Positions 7,372 to 16,904 of a DNA stretch of 64,000 nucleotides are shown here, in pieces. The notes under the pieces were generated by a model. It made no database searches and was not told the origin of the DNA. It saw nothing but the letters and a program-made list of their open reading frames with translations. Where the stretch lies: IMG/VR virus record IMGVR_UViG_3300021401_000004, positions 28,961 to 92,960 of that record, one strand, 5' to 3'. The translations under genes and the position numbers were made by a program. Source of the stretch: a virus. Numbering within the stretch: position 1 is the first letter of the stretch; each line of letters opens with the position of its first letter.

Positions 7372-7586
7372 TGGAAATCAAGACGAATTTCTTCACGAAA
7401 GCCACCACAGCGCCCGCGCCGACAATGGCGCAGGTAATGTTCACGAATGACCCGAAGTATAGGGCGACGTATGGCGGTTGGCTGTACGAGAACTTTGACG
7501 AACTTGCCCGAGAATACAAGACTCACGGGCGATTCCTTTCCTTAGCTGAAATCCAAGACACTGATTCCCCTTTAGACCTTACATAA
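7371..7586 (+). CDS. Hypothetical protein
   Basis: TAATG overlap. Confidence 0.5.
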   Translation: MEIKTNFFTKATTAPAPTMAQVMFTNDPKYRATYGGWLYENFDELAREYKTHGRFLSLAEIQDTDSPLDLT

Positions 7587-7860
7587 GTTCAAGCTACGGG
7601 CAAAAGATGGTCCGGACGATTGGATTATCGCCATCTTAGTTCGTACGCTTGCCCGCAGAGTCATCCTCTGCACCCCGCGCTTTGTCTGCGGGCAATGAGA
7701 CAGAAAGAGTCGTCTTAGCGGGCGATTCTACGCCAATTGCGAGTTGAGGCGGCAGCCAACATACTTGCGACCTCCGAGAACTTGCCCGAGTTCATTTTCC
7801 GCACTGCGTCTATAGCGCCGTCCGGACGGAGGTAATTTTCTAGGACACTAAGGATAAATC

Positions 7861-8463
7861 ATGGGAACAGCAGGACGCGCCAAAGCTCCGTGGGAGGATT
7901 ACGGAGAGAATCTGATGGGCCACGACTCGAAAGAGATGGACGCCCTCATACGAAAGTATGCCGAGAATCGCTATGTAACCTCTAGCGCCCAGAATCAAGA
8001 AGAGTTGGCTCGGCAGAAGGAAATCAACTACGCGCTCGCGGCCCAATACCGCTTCCTTGATCCCGCCGACTACGAAGATATCCATGCCCGTATCGGGCAA
8101 GTTATGACTTACGAGCAGTTCATCGGAAAGCTCAGGGATGGCTGCAAGCTGAAATGCTTCTATCGCGAGATGGGGCATCCGCAGATGATCGCTCTTTGGG
8201 GCGTAAGAAAAGAAGGCCAGCAGGCGGACGTGATCTCGTGGTGCCAAAGGCCCGCCATGATTGAGCTAGAAGTACCCCGCTTCGATGACAAGGGCGTTCC
8301 TTCGGGATTCCGATATCGGGGTTGGAGAACTTGTCTGATGGACGCCCGCAGAAAAGGATTCCTTACCGAGGCGCAGATCAAGAAAGTTTTCGGGGAACCA
8401 ATAGGTCCCGCCGCCCGCACATATTTGAAATTCATGCAATCGCTTAGACAAAACTATGAGTAG
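7861..8463 (+). CDS. Hypothetical phage protein
   Basis: AAGGA ribosome-binding site; 200-aa ORF. Confidence 0.7.
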   Translation: MGTAGRAKAPWEDYGENLMGHDSKEMDALIRKYAENRYVTSSAQNQEELARQKEINYALAAQYRFLDPADYEDIHARIGQVMTYEQFIGKLRDGCKLKCFYREMGHPQMIALWGVRKEGQQADVISWCQRPAMIELEVPRFDDKGVPSGFRYRGWRTCLMDARRKGFLTEAQIKKVFGEPIGPAARTYLKFMQSLRQNYE

Positions 8464-8469
8464 GTTCTC

Positions 8470-8733
8470 ATGATTTACAGCACGTCAGATTCCCGCCTTG
8501 CGAGCTTCCTCCAGATTCGGGGCGTAGCCTTGCAGGGTACGGACACTCGATACCAAGGCGACGAAGATCGCGTCCATCTTTTGTTCGAAGTAGACGAAGA
8601 TAGAATTACGGGCCTCAAACGCGAGTTCTTTGAAGGCGGGCAAGTTCCTGCTCTGGAATTCGCAAATGTAATGAAATCCACGATGCACGCGATCCGCGAA
8701 GCCCGCGAACTATCCCGAGAATCCCTGCGTTAA
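8470..8733 (+). CDS. DUF5659-like small protein
   Basis: YSTSD..LASFL...G N-terminus. Confidence 0.5.
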   Translation: MIYSTSDSRLASFLQIRGVALQGTDTRYQGDEDRVHLLFEVDEDRITGLKREFFEGGQVPALEFANVMKSTMHAIREARELSRESLR

Positions 8734-8793
8734 TCCATTTTCCGTACAAGACTCTGCCCGTCACGATCCTAACACCCAACCTAAAGAGGAACT

Positions 8794-9411
8794 ATGTCTA
8801 ACGATCCGAAGCTCGTAAATGAATCTGGATTAATCAAAGCCGATGATGTGATATTGGCGTCCCCGTTGAGCGAACTAAATATCACGGAGTTAACTCGTCG
8901 GAAGTTGCTGACCGATATTTTGTCTCAAGAAGCCGAGCGAGAGGATGTTATTGAGCGTCTCGCCGATAGACGTAACAAGCGCAACACCAAGTCCCAAGAG
9001 TACGAATCTCGCGGGCGCGAGCTAGTCAAAACTGGCCGGGATCAGGCAGCGGTTCAGAACGCTTGCCAGCATAAAAAGGGCGGCAGAGGGAACATTCCGG
9101 GCGGCTTCTTGCGCGGGAACGATGTAAATTATTCGGTCATCAAGCACACCTTGCCGACTAATCAGATGTATATTCGCTGCACCCGGTGCGGCAAGACCTG
9201 GAAGCCCGTAAGTCAATTTGATTACGACATGAAATCCGCCGAAGGCAAAGCTGCATATGAAGCCGCGAAGGTTGAGTATCAGCGGGCAATTGATTTCAAT
9301 ACCGACAACATCGAATCGTCGAGCATAACTTTCCAGCACACGAGCGACGATAACAACGTAACTGCTCAGAAGTTCGTCCACGACGTAATGAAGGACGTTA
9401 CCCTTCGGTAA
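8794..9411 (+). CDS. Hypothetical protein (possible Zn-binding)
   Basis: GAGGA ribosome-binding site; C.H..H..CTRC. Confidence 0.7.
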   Translation: MSNDPKLVNESGLIKADDVILASPLSELNITELTRRKLLTDILSQEAEREDVIERLADRRNKRNTKSQEYESRGRELVKTGRDQAAVQNACQHKKGGRGNIPGGFLRGNDVNYSVIKHTLPTNQMYIRCTRCGKTWKPVSQFDYDMKSAEGKAAYEAAKVEYQRAIDFNTDNIESSSITFQHTSDDNNVTAQKFVHDVMKDVTLR

Positions 9412-9462
9412 CAAAAGATGCGAAACTCATCGCGGGCTCCGTTATAGCCGGAGCAACTTTAT

Positions 9463-9987
9463 ATGTCTAACAGCCAAATCTATCCAAGTTCGTCGTATCC
9501 AGGGTTTGGCGATCTCTTGACTACCCCAGGTTCGCCCGCGACCACGGTAACCGGGCTCCAAACGTATCCTGTTGCTAATTTCGCGCCGCAAGCGGGTGAG
9601 ATTCTGTACTTCTCGCAAGGCGAGTGGCAGCCTACTTTGTTTTCGGGCGTCCAAGGCCCGCAAGGCTCGCAAGGCCCGTTCTCAACTTTGTTTGATACTG
9701 CGGGCGATTCCGTAGTTCTCGGGCAGGGCGGGAATCAGTTCGCGATCAGCAACGCCGCTGGAAGTGCGTCGGTTAGTAATTCTTCGGGCAACGCGTACGT
9801 CACGATTAAAACTGGATTAACTATTTTAGGGGCGACCCCGACCGCGCCCGCTTCTCAGTTAGGAGTCGGGGCGACAACGGCCACAACCGCGACAAGCGGC
9901 AGCGAAACATTGCCCGCGCAGCCCGCAGGATTCTTGGTAATGAATCTCGGCGGAACCGTAATCAAGATACCGTACTACAATGCTTAA
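9463..9987 (+). CDS. Virion fibre/decoration protein with short GxQ collagen stretch
   Basis: GVQGPQGSQG; C-terminal KIPYY typical of fibre tips. Confidence 0.6.
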   Translation: MSNSQIYPSSSYPGFGDLLTTPGSPATTVTGLQTYPVANFAPQAGEILYFSQGEWQPTLFSGVQGPQGSQGPFSTLFDTAGDSVVLGQGGNQFAISNAAGSASVSNSSGNAYVTIKTGLTILGATPTAPASQLGVGATTATTATSGSETLPAQPAGFLVMNLGGTVIKIPYYNA

Positions 9988-10104
9988 AAGACTTCTAAAA
10001 CGGCTGATTCTCTGGGCGCTTGACGGCGGGCTTCCGCAGATCGTGATTGTACAGAAAACGGATAGCCCGCAAATGATCGACATTCGAGTCCCGAAAGTAA
10101 AGCG

Positions 10105-10596
10105 TTAGATTTGGTTTAGCAAAGCGAAAGGGCCGTGCAGTTCCGAGGCAGCATCATTATAAGATTTGGCAGCCTCGATTTCCGTTTTGAATCTCCCAAG
10201 TTTTCTATTGCGCTTTCCCACCCATATTTGTGCCAGCCATCTACCGGACTCCGCATCAAAAGACACGCCTTTAAATCTTGAAGTTGTTTTGCGGGTGGTT
10301 TTTCTTCTGTTTCGACAATTTTCCGACCGCGTGCATTTGCGCAGGTTACTTTTACGACAATCCAATCCGTTATGGTTTATATGGTCTACGTGGGTGTTCG
10401 AGTCTGAAACTTTAAGAATGAACCGATGCAGCCCAATCGTAGCCCGAGTTCCCTTGTTTCGCGGCCCGTGCCTCTGGGCGTAAATAACTCTGCTGTGGGG
10501 TTTGATGCACACAAACCAGTTGAATTCCACAACCCGTTCGTAGTCCTCGTCATCCACTAAAGCTTCGTAGCCACGATTTAGAGGAACTATTTTCAT
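10105..10596 (-). CDS. HNH-AP2 homing endonuclease
   Basis: VDHINHNGLDCRKSNLR plus AP2 domain (FKGVS..W.AQI..LGRF...EAAKSYN). Likely start MKIVPL at 10596. Confidence 0.88.
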   Translation of the reverse strand: MKIVPLNRGYEALVDDEDYERVVEFNWFVCIKPHSRVIYAQRHGPRNKGTRATIGLHRFILKVSDSNTHVDHINHNGLDCRKSNLRKCTRSENCRNRRKTTRKTTSRFKGVSFDAESGRWLAQIWVGKRNRKLGRFKTEIEAAKSYNDAASELHGPFALLNQI

Positions 10597-10603
10597 GTGG
10601 GAA

Positions 10604-10632
10604 ATTCTATCACATAACTTTTCAACTGTCAA
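10604..10632 (-). promoter_or_regulatory. sigma70 promoter for the HNH-AP2 gene
   Basis: TTGACA-17 nt-TAGAAT on the - strand. Confidence 0.7.
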
Positions 10633-10651
10633 GACGGAGAGGTAACTCCAA

Positions 10652-10921
10652 CTGTTCCAAAATTTCCCATTTTCGACAGGCCAAGCCACGGTCACGGGCG
10701 TTGCCAGCCTGATTGTTGGCGCGAATGCTGCCCGCTCGGGTATCGTCATCAGCAATACCGACGCCACGAATACCGTGTACTTGATCGAGAATACCTCGGG
10801 CACGACTTCCACGGGACATTACTTGCCCGCAGGAGCTAGCATTGGATTCTCGACCACGCTCGCTATTTACGGAATTACGAGCGGCCCATCAGTAGTTGTG
10901 ACTTGGTTGTCCACACAATAA
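10652..10921 (+). CDS. Small virion protein with CTG start, paralog of 16637-16903 (absent from ORF track)
   Basis: GGAGAGGT ribosome-binding site then CTG-FQNFPFSTGQ..RSGIVISNT..TTSTG..GFSTTLAI.G.T...TQ*. Confidence 0.75.
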   Translation: MFQNFPFSTGQATVTGVASLIVGANAARSGIVISNTDATNTVYLIENTSGTTSTGHYLPAGASIGFSTTLAIYGITSGPSVVVTWLSTQ

Positions 10922-10924
10922 GAC

Positions 10925-11554
10925 ATGTTCTGCGCCTATCTAGAGCAAAATACGGTCAATGGGAAGTTTTACTCAGGCAAAGGCCCGTGGAAAAAGCGCC
11001 GTGCTTCCCGAATCTGGCATGCCCATAATCCACAAGGCCATTGGCACAATTCCTTAATCTGTCGGGCATATAGAAAACACGGGTCGGATGCTTTTGCTCT
11101 ACACACAATCTGTCTATTCGATACGGAAGAAGCGGCTTTTGAACAAGAGAAGGCTTGGATTCGCGAGCTAGACCTAATGAATCCGGAAAAAGGATACAAC
11201 CTGACTCTAGGCGGGGAAGGAACTTCTGGGTATGTATACACGCCTGAGCATAGGCAAAAACTTTCGACAGCCCACAAAGGCAAGCCCGCCAAAAATCTGT
11301 ATGCTTTACATTCCCCTGAAAGCAGACGCAAGGCGGGGCTAGCAATTCGCGGAAGAAAGCAATCTCTCGAAACTGTTGCTAAAAGACGTGCCACCTTTCT
11401 AGCTAATGGCGGGAATAAGGGCCGTCCGTCCCATCTTCGAAAGACTCATTGTTTTAGGGGACATTTGTTGCCCGAAATAATTGCCGTAGGCATTCCTCGA
11501 CATTGTTTAGAATGCCGTCGTATTTATTACGCAACCAATAAGGCCTCCCGTTGA
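10925..11554 (+). CDS. GIY-YIG homing endonuclease with NUMOD3-like repeats
   Basis: CAY...N.VNGKFYSG, E..WI, GYNLT.GGEG, HRQKLS.AHKG. Confidence 0.82.
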   Translation: MFCAYLEQNTVNGKFYSGKGPWKKRRASRIWHAHNPQGHWHNSLICRAYRKHGSDAFALHTICLFDTEEAAFEQEKAWIRELDLMNPEKGYNLTLGGEGTSGYVYTPEHRQKLSTAHKGKPAKNLYALHSPESRRKAGLAIRGRKQSLETVAKRRATFLANGGNKGRPSHLRKTHCFRGHLLPEIIAVGIPRHCLECRRIYYATNKASR

Positions 11555-13047
11555 GTAACAAACAATATCCCGTTCCATTTGAGTTCTCTTCTAAGAGTGG
11601 CGGAGGCTCGCCCGGACCTCAAGGTCCCCAAGGGCCTGCGGGCACTCAAGGGTTTCAGGGTCCACAGGGCTCCGCTGGAAGCCAAGGTGCAACTGGAAGT
11701 CAGGGGCCGCAGGGAACGTCGGGATCGCAAGGTTTTCAAGGACCTCAAGGTAGCGCGGGTGCTCAAGGGCCACAAGGCAATCAAGGCACCCAAGGAGTGC
11801 AAGGTCCGCAAGGCTTCCAAGGTTTTCAAGGACCAGCATCAAGCTCTGTTCCGTGGTCGTCGCTCACGAACGCTGTTGCGAACTTAACGCTCGCAAACGG
11901 GGCCAATGCCACGACGTTCAATCAAACTGCCGCAGTAGGCTGGATTTGGGCCAATACTACCGTAGCGACCGCCGTGTCTACTAATCTTAGCCCATTGCTT
12001 GAAGTGGCTGCGAATTACTGGACTGGATCGGCTTCGGCTCAGGATTCCTGGAATCTACAATCTCAGATCGCCACGGGAACTAATGGAACTAGTGCGCTAT
12101 CTTTTAATCACCTAGGGTCAATAGGAAATAACTATGTTGCATTCCCAGTTACTGGAATTCAGTTTCCAAATACCCCGTTTGCGGTAGATTTCGGAAGCAA
12201 CGCGGCTTGGACCTTGAATTTTACCAACGCGAGCGGCGTAACCACGAACGGTGCGCTAACCTTCGCCAGCAGCACCCTGACGCTTAAAACTTCTGTTGCG
12301 AATAACTTTCTGGCGTTTAACGGAAACGTAACATCAAGCGCCACTGCTTGCGTCTCGCTCGGTAACACGACTTCTTTCGCGGCGACAGCGGCCATAACCC
12401 AAGTCGATATCCAGTTAGCCCACGACACGTTCAATCCGGGCAGCGGATCAGCTTCGTTCCAAGCAGTTCAGATTTCCCCGGCGATAAAGGGAACTTCTAA
12501 CGGGAATACGACGGCATTGGTTGTCAACCCTACGTTGACCGCCACGAATCTTACGGGCACGAATCGGATTGCGTCTTTCCAGAGCGCGGGAACTACCGCT
12601 CTTGATATCGGATACGTTGGCACGATTACAACTTACGGCGGACTGACCACGGTTCGGCGCGGAGTCCCGTCGAGTATTGCTTCCACGGACTTGACGGCTC
12701 AGACTGCCGCTATCGCCGCAACCACTTTGTTGTCCGCGCCCGCTACTGGAGCGTACCGAGTCGCGTGGTCCGCCACAATTACTACTGCTTCAGATACCTC
12801 CTCCGTGCTCGGGGGCTCGGGCGGTTTTCAAGTTATATACACGTCCCCGACAGACAGTGTTGTCAAGACCACGGTTTCGGGCAATAGCGTTACTAGCGCG
12901 GCTAACACCACGGGAACTGCTGTCGGCGACGATATCGTGATATACGCCAAAACTGGAACGAATATTCAGTTCCAATACGGGTACACGAGCGTACAAACAA
13001 CGACCGCTATGGTTTTCGAACTTCACGTTTCGCTTGAAGCCCTCTAA
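11551..13047 (+). CDS. Collagen-like (GxQ) fibre protein
   Basis: About 24 G-x-Q triplets followed by a T/S/A/N-rich beta body. Confidence 0.75.
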   Translation: MSNKQYPVPFEFSSKSGGGSPGPQGPQGPAGTQGFQGPQGSAGSQGATGSQGPQGTSGSQGFQGPQGSAGAQGPQGNQGTQGVQGPQGFQGFQGPASSSVPWSSLTNAVANLTLANGANATTFNQTAAVGWIWANTTVATAVSTNLSPLLEVAANYWTGSASAQDSWNLQSQIATGTNGTSALSFNHLGSIGNNYVAFPVTGIQFPNTPFAVDFGSNAAWTLNFTNASGVTTNGALTFASSTLTLKTSVANNFLAFNGNVTSSATACVSLGNTTSFAATAAITQVDIQLAHDTFNPGSGSASFQAVQISPAIKGTSNGNTTALVVNPTLTATNLTGTNRIASFQSAGTTALDIGYVGTITTYGGLTTVRRGVPSSIASTDLTAQTAAIAATTLLSAPATGAYRVAWSATITTASDTSSVLGGSGGFQVIYTSPTDSVVKTTVSGNSVTSAANTTGTAVGDDIVIYAKTGTNIQFQYGYTSVQTTTAMVFELHVSLEAL

Positions 13048-13055
13048 AATAACGA

Positions 13056-13871
13056 ATGACAAAAACGTATCAACTTGGCGATTATTGTTCGATGACGGTT
13101 CCTACGATGCCGTCCGATCTCGGGCCTCCTACTTCGGGCGTTCAAGATAGTCACGGAAATCTGGGAACTCCCGGCCAAGTTTTGAGTTCGATTGCGGGCG
13201 GAACGCAGTGGGTTTCCACAGCCTCCGGTTCGCAGGGCCCGCAAGGGCCGACGGGTAGTAACGGATCAACGGGCGTGCAAGGTCCGCAGGGCGCGACCGG
13301 AACCACGGGAAATTCTGGTAATACGGGAAGCCAAGGCCCACAAGGTAGTAATGGCAGTCAAGGTCCCCAAGGAACTCAAGGTTCCAGTCCGTTTTCCGGA
13401 GTTCAAGGGCCGCCCGTATACGCAATTCAAGGAACACAGTTTAGCTGCACGGCTCAAACTCCGACTTCAGTTCAAGGTTGCCAAGTTACGGGCTTGGCTG
13501 CCAACGCTACGTATAAATTCGAGATTCTTCTCGGAGTTCAGGGCGTAGGAATTCAAGGCTATCAGTTCGGGCTTCAGTGTACGCAAAGCGGAGCGTCGCA
13601 AGGCGCGGCGATTCTCGCCAAGGTCGCGGGCGGCCCGCAAGGAACTGTTGCCACAGGAACGGGCCATCAGAGTTATATGGCTACGGGCTTCGGTATCCAA
13701 GGCCCGCAAATGTGCGGCGCAGTCGGTAGCTCGTGGATGACCGCCGAGGGAATCTTCACCACCAACGCCGTTGCGGGCAGCGTGTTCGGCGTTCAGGTAA
13801 AAGGCACGCAGGCAACGATAACGCCCGCCGTGCTCGCGAATTCGTATCTCAGGCTAGAGCGGTTGGCTTAA
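13056..13871 (+). CDS. Collagen-like fibre protein
   Basis: D..G..GT.GQVLSS...G..W module, Gxy repeats, C-terminal beta domain. Confidence 0.7.
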   Translation: MTKTYQLGDYCSMTVPTMPSDLGPPTSGVQDSHGNLGTPGQVLSSIAGGTQWVSTASGSQGPQGPTGSNGSTGVQGPQGATGTTGNSGNTGSQGPQGSNGSQGPQGTQGSSPFSGVQGPPVYAIQGTQFSCTAQTPTSVQGCQVTGLAANATYKFEILLGVQGVGIQGYQFGLQCTQSGASQGAAILAKVAGGPQGTVATGTGHQSYMATGFGIQGPQMCGAVGSSWMTAEGIFTTNAVAGSVFGVQVKGTQATITPAVLANSYLRLERLA

Positions 13872-14449
13872 AGGTCTTGTAAAAAGTCTGCGGGCACCGG
13901 GCTGTGCGTTTTCCGCACAAGTTTTAGACTTTCTCTGATGTCTTTTCCGTCATCCGGAGCTTCGTTGCCGAGAACCGTCCAATTAGGTCGGGACCGACGT
14001 CCGAATATTTCAAGATAAGGGCCGGGGAAGTTTTGTTCGATTATCTCGTGAATTGTGTCGGGCTTCTGGCTGTGCTTCAAGCGGGGAGACGCAAAGATAG
14101 ACCGTTGTTTAGGGCAACGGACGGAAGGAACGTTTGGTTTTCGCCCGACCATGACAAGTTCGTGGTCCCCACGAAACCAATATCCCACTCCTAGGCCAGT
14201 ATTCTTATGCCACACGAGTTGGGACTTGTACTCGAACCCCCACGCTTTCATAAGCTCCACGGATTCCCAGACGAAAGGCCCGGTCGTCCAGCAAAATAGG
14301 TAGCCCGAAACAACGTCCCCAACGGGCAGAGTTTTGAGTTCATCAATGGGCATGAGTTTGTATTGGTCACAAACATAGCCCTGACTTTTGCCTGCCCGAA
14401 CCTCTCGGTAGGGCCAAGGCGGGTCGATAATTGCGGTTTGAAAAATCAT
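13868..14449 (-). CDS. MT-A70-family adenine methyltransferase
   Basis: IIDPPW, WGF.YK, G.GYWFRG..E, HS.KP, LEIFGR..R..W...GNE. Confidence 0.9.
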   Translation of the reverse strand: MIFQTAIIDPPWPYREVRAGKSQGYVCDQYKLMPIDELKTLPVGDVVSGYLFCWTTGPFVWESVELMKAWGFEYKSQLVWHKNTGLGVGYWFRGDHELVMVGRKPNVPSVRCPKQRSIFASPRLKHSQKPDTIHEIIEQNFPGPYLEIFGRRSRPNWTVLGNEAPDDGKDIRESLKLVRKTHSPVPADFLQDL

Positions 14450-14455
14450 CAAGTA

Positions 14456-14484
14456 ATTGTACAGAAAACGAACTAGTTTGTCAA
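14456..14484 (-). promoter_or_regulatory. sigma70 promoter containing the repeated 11-mer
   Basis: TTGACA-aactagttCGTTTTCTG-TACAAT with 17-nt spacer. ATG is 7 nt past the -10 (leaderless-like). Confidence 0.78.
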
Positions 14485-14495
14485 GACCCTAAAAC

Positions 14496-16202
14496 ATGCG
14501 ATACACGATTATTACGCCCACGATCCTTCGCCCGAGTTTATTGCGGGCGTGCGCCTCGGTTGACAGCCAAACCTATAAAGACTACGAGCACATCGTCGTT
14601 GTAGACTCTGAGATTTCAGACGACACAATCTCGAAGATCGCTCATCCGCAGAGAACGGTTGTCCGATGTGAAAAGCCCCATAATAATTGGGGGCATACTT
14701 GCACCCATCAGGCTTGGGCACTCGCCAAGGGCGACTACGTTCTCAGGTTGGACGACGATAATTTCCTAGCCGATCCAAACGTTCTCGAAGACCTGAAGGT
14801 AGTTGACAAGCCTTGGGCGATTTTCCCGATGACGCGTTTTGGCGGGCGATTCTTTAACGATCCGCCTGGAATACGGAAAACGGATTCGGGTAGCATCTTG
14901 GTCCGCCGCGATCTCGGCCCGTGGCCCGATCTGAATCAGTACGACGCGGACGGGGTGTTCGTTGAGCAACTTCTAAAGCAGCATCCGTACCAAGCGTTGG
15001 CTGACAGTCGCCCGTTAGTTATCGCACCACATTCGGCAGAAAATGTCGAAGTTACGACGGGCAATCGAGTGTCGATCTACACGCCCGTACATGACGCTTC
15101 GTACTTACCGCAGGTTTACGAATCGATTAAGCACCAGGATTTTTGGGAATGGATAATTGTATGGAACAACGGGGCGGTTCCGTTGGAGTTCAACGATCCT
15201 CGGGTAAAATCCCGCGTCTTATACAAAGCACCCGAAAAGGTAGGTACGCTAAAAGCCTACGCCTGCGAGCAAGCCGCGGGCGATATCCTTCTAGAGCTTG
15301 ACTGCGACGACCTTTTGTTGCCCGGCGCGATCTCAGAAGTTCAGAAAGCGTTCGCCGATCCAGAAATTGGATTTGTCTATTCGAACGCGATTCATACTAC
15401 GGGCGACCTTGAGAAGTTCCCGCGCTACGACGAAATCTACGGGTGGAAATTCCGCGAAGTAGAATACGCGGGCAAGATTTTAGACGAGTGCGTGAGTTTT
15501 CCGCCGACGCCCGAAGCCGTATCAAGAATCTGGTACGCGCCTGATCACCTTCGGGCATTTCGTAGAAGCGTGTATCACCAGATCGGCGGCTATGACAAGT
15601 CCATGAAGATTCTGGACGACTCGGATATTATTTGTCGGGCGTATTTGGCTACAAAGTTCAAGCACATCGACAAGCCGCTGTACGTCTACCGCGTCCACGG
15701 GAACAATTCTTGGCTGCGGTTTAACAAGGATATTCAGGAAGGCGTTTATAAAGTCTACGATCAGTACATCGAGAGACTGGCGGGCCGCTGGGCAAACCTT
15801 AACGGGCTGGCGGTAGTTGACGATCTAAATATCTTACCAATGTTGCCCGAAAGTTCTGCGGGCGTTATTCGTTCAACTTCGCTTTGTATGGCGGCTGACC
15901 CAATTCGGGTGATGAAAGAAATATCCCGAGTTCTGGCCCCCGGAGGAATGGCGTTCCTTACCGTGCCTTCGACTGATGGGCGAGGCGCTTTCCAAGACCC
16001 GAGGCATAGGTCATTCTGGAACGAAAATTCGTTTCTTTATTATACGAACAAGGGCTGGAGTAAATTTATTGAGACGCCCGTAAAATTTCAGGCGACAAGA
16101 TTGTACACGACCGAAAAAGACGAACGGCAAATCTGCTGGACAATCGCTCATCTTGTTTCGCTTAAATCGGGCTACCGCCCGCCGGGATTAATTGAAATAT
16201 GA
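14496..16202 (+). CDS. Tandem GT2 glycosyltransferase with C-terminal methyltransferase-like domain
   Basis: Two GT-A domains (IITPT..LDDDN; SIYTP..LDCDD) and a ME..RVL.PGG..DP.H.SFW tail. Confidence 0.85.
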   Translation: MRYTIITPTILRPSLLRACASVDSQTYKDYEHIVVVDSEISDDTISKIAHPQRTVVRCEKPHNNWGHTCTHQAWALAKGDYVLRLDDDNFLADPNVLEDLKVVDKPWAIFPMTRFGGRFFNDPPGIRKTDSGSILVRRDLGPWPDLNQYDADGVFVEQLLKQHPYQALADSRPLVIAPHSAENVEVTTGNRVSIYTPVHDASYLPQVYESIKHQDFWEWIIVWNNGAVPLEFNDPRVKSRVLYKAPEKVGTLKAYACEQAAGDILLELDCDDLLLPGAISEVQKAFADPEIGFVYSNAIHTTGDLEKFPRYDEIYGWKFREVEYAGKILDECVSFPPTPEAVSRIWYAPDHLRAFRRSVYHQIGGYDKSMKILDDSDIICRAYLATKFKHIDKPLYVYRVHGNNSWLRFNKDIQEGVYKVYDQYIERLAGRWANLNGLAVVDDLNILPMLPESSAGVIRSTSLCMAADPIRVMKEISRVLAPGGMAFLTVPSTDGRGAFQDPRHRSFWNENSFLYYTNKGWSKFIETPVKFQATRLYTTEKDERQICWTIAHLVSLKSGYRPPGLIEI

Positions 16203-16612
16203 GCATTACCTTGACAACGCCGTACGTAGTAAATGTAAACGGGTCGGTCGTGGAAGACGATACTATCGGGGCGTGTACAAGTTCTTCAATGGACTACCTC
16301 GCCCGCATGCTTACGTATACTTTCAAAATAGGTTCCCTTACGGGCAGCCCGTCAAACCTAAACGTCGGCCCGTACTCCCAGAATCCGCCTAGTCAAAACA
16401 TTGTTGTCAGCGTCTACGTAGGCCCGACTATTGGCACACAGACTTTCGGGCAATGGTTTTTGAATGGCGTTCTTCAGGCGACGATCATTCCTTCGGGCAC
16501 TCTGGCCCCATTCGTTACAAGTCTTTTGGCCGACAGGAACTCGGCAGAAGGTTTTGTCGCGGTGAGCGGCGGCCTTCTCCCCGGTTCGGTCGTGCCTTGG
16601 ACCCAGCTTTAA
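16199..16612 (+). CDS. Putative virion protein
   Basis: ATGA-coupled; beta-rich composition. Confidence 0.6.
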   Translation: MSITLTTPYVVNVNGSVVEDDTIGACTSSSMDYLARMLTYTFKIGSLTGSPSNLNVGPYSQNPPSQNIVVSVYVGPTIGTQTFGQWFLNGVLQATIIPSGTLAPFVTSLLADRNSAEGFVAVSGGLLPGSVVPWTQL

Positions 16613-16636
16613 TCCGTTTTCCGTACAGGAGATTTC

Positions 16637-16903
16637 ATGTTTCAAAATTATCCGTTTAATACATCGCAAGTCTCGGTCACGGCGTCGGCTACACCGATCT
16701 TGCCCGCCAACTCCAGTCGCTCTGGAGTATCAATAGTCAATACGGGCAGCACCACGGTCTATATTGGAAACAGTGCGTCCGTCACGACTTCCACGGGCTA
16801 CCCTGTTTTAGCAAGTTCGGCGGTTGGGTTCGCTACCACACTCGCTATCTTCGGAGTTACGGCATCATCTTCGTCCACCGTCGGCGTTTTGGAAACCCAA
16901 TAA
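16637..16903 (+). CDS. Small virion protein (paralog of 10652-10921)
   Basis: AGGAG ribosome-binding site; aligns end to end with the CTG-start ORF. Confidence 0.75.
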   Translation: MFQNYPFNTSQVSVTASATPILPANSSRSGVSIVNTGSTTVYIGNSASVTTSTGYPVLASSAVGFATTLAIFGVTASSSSTVGVLETQ

Positions 16904-16904
16904 C

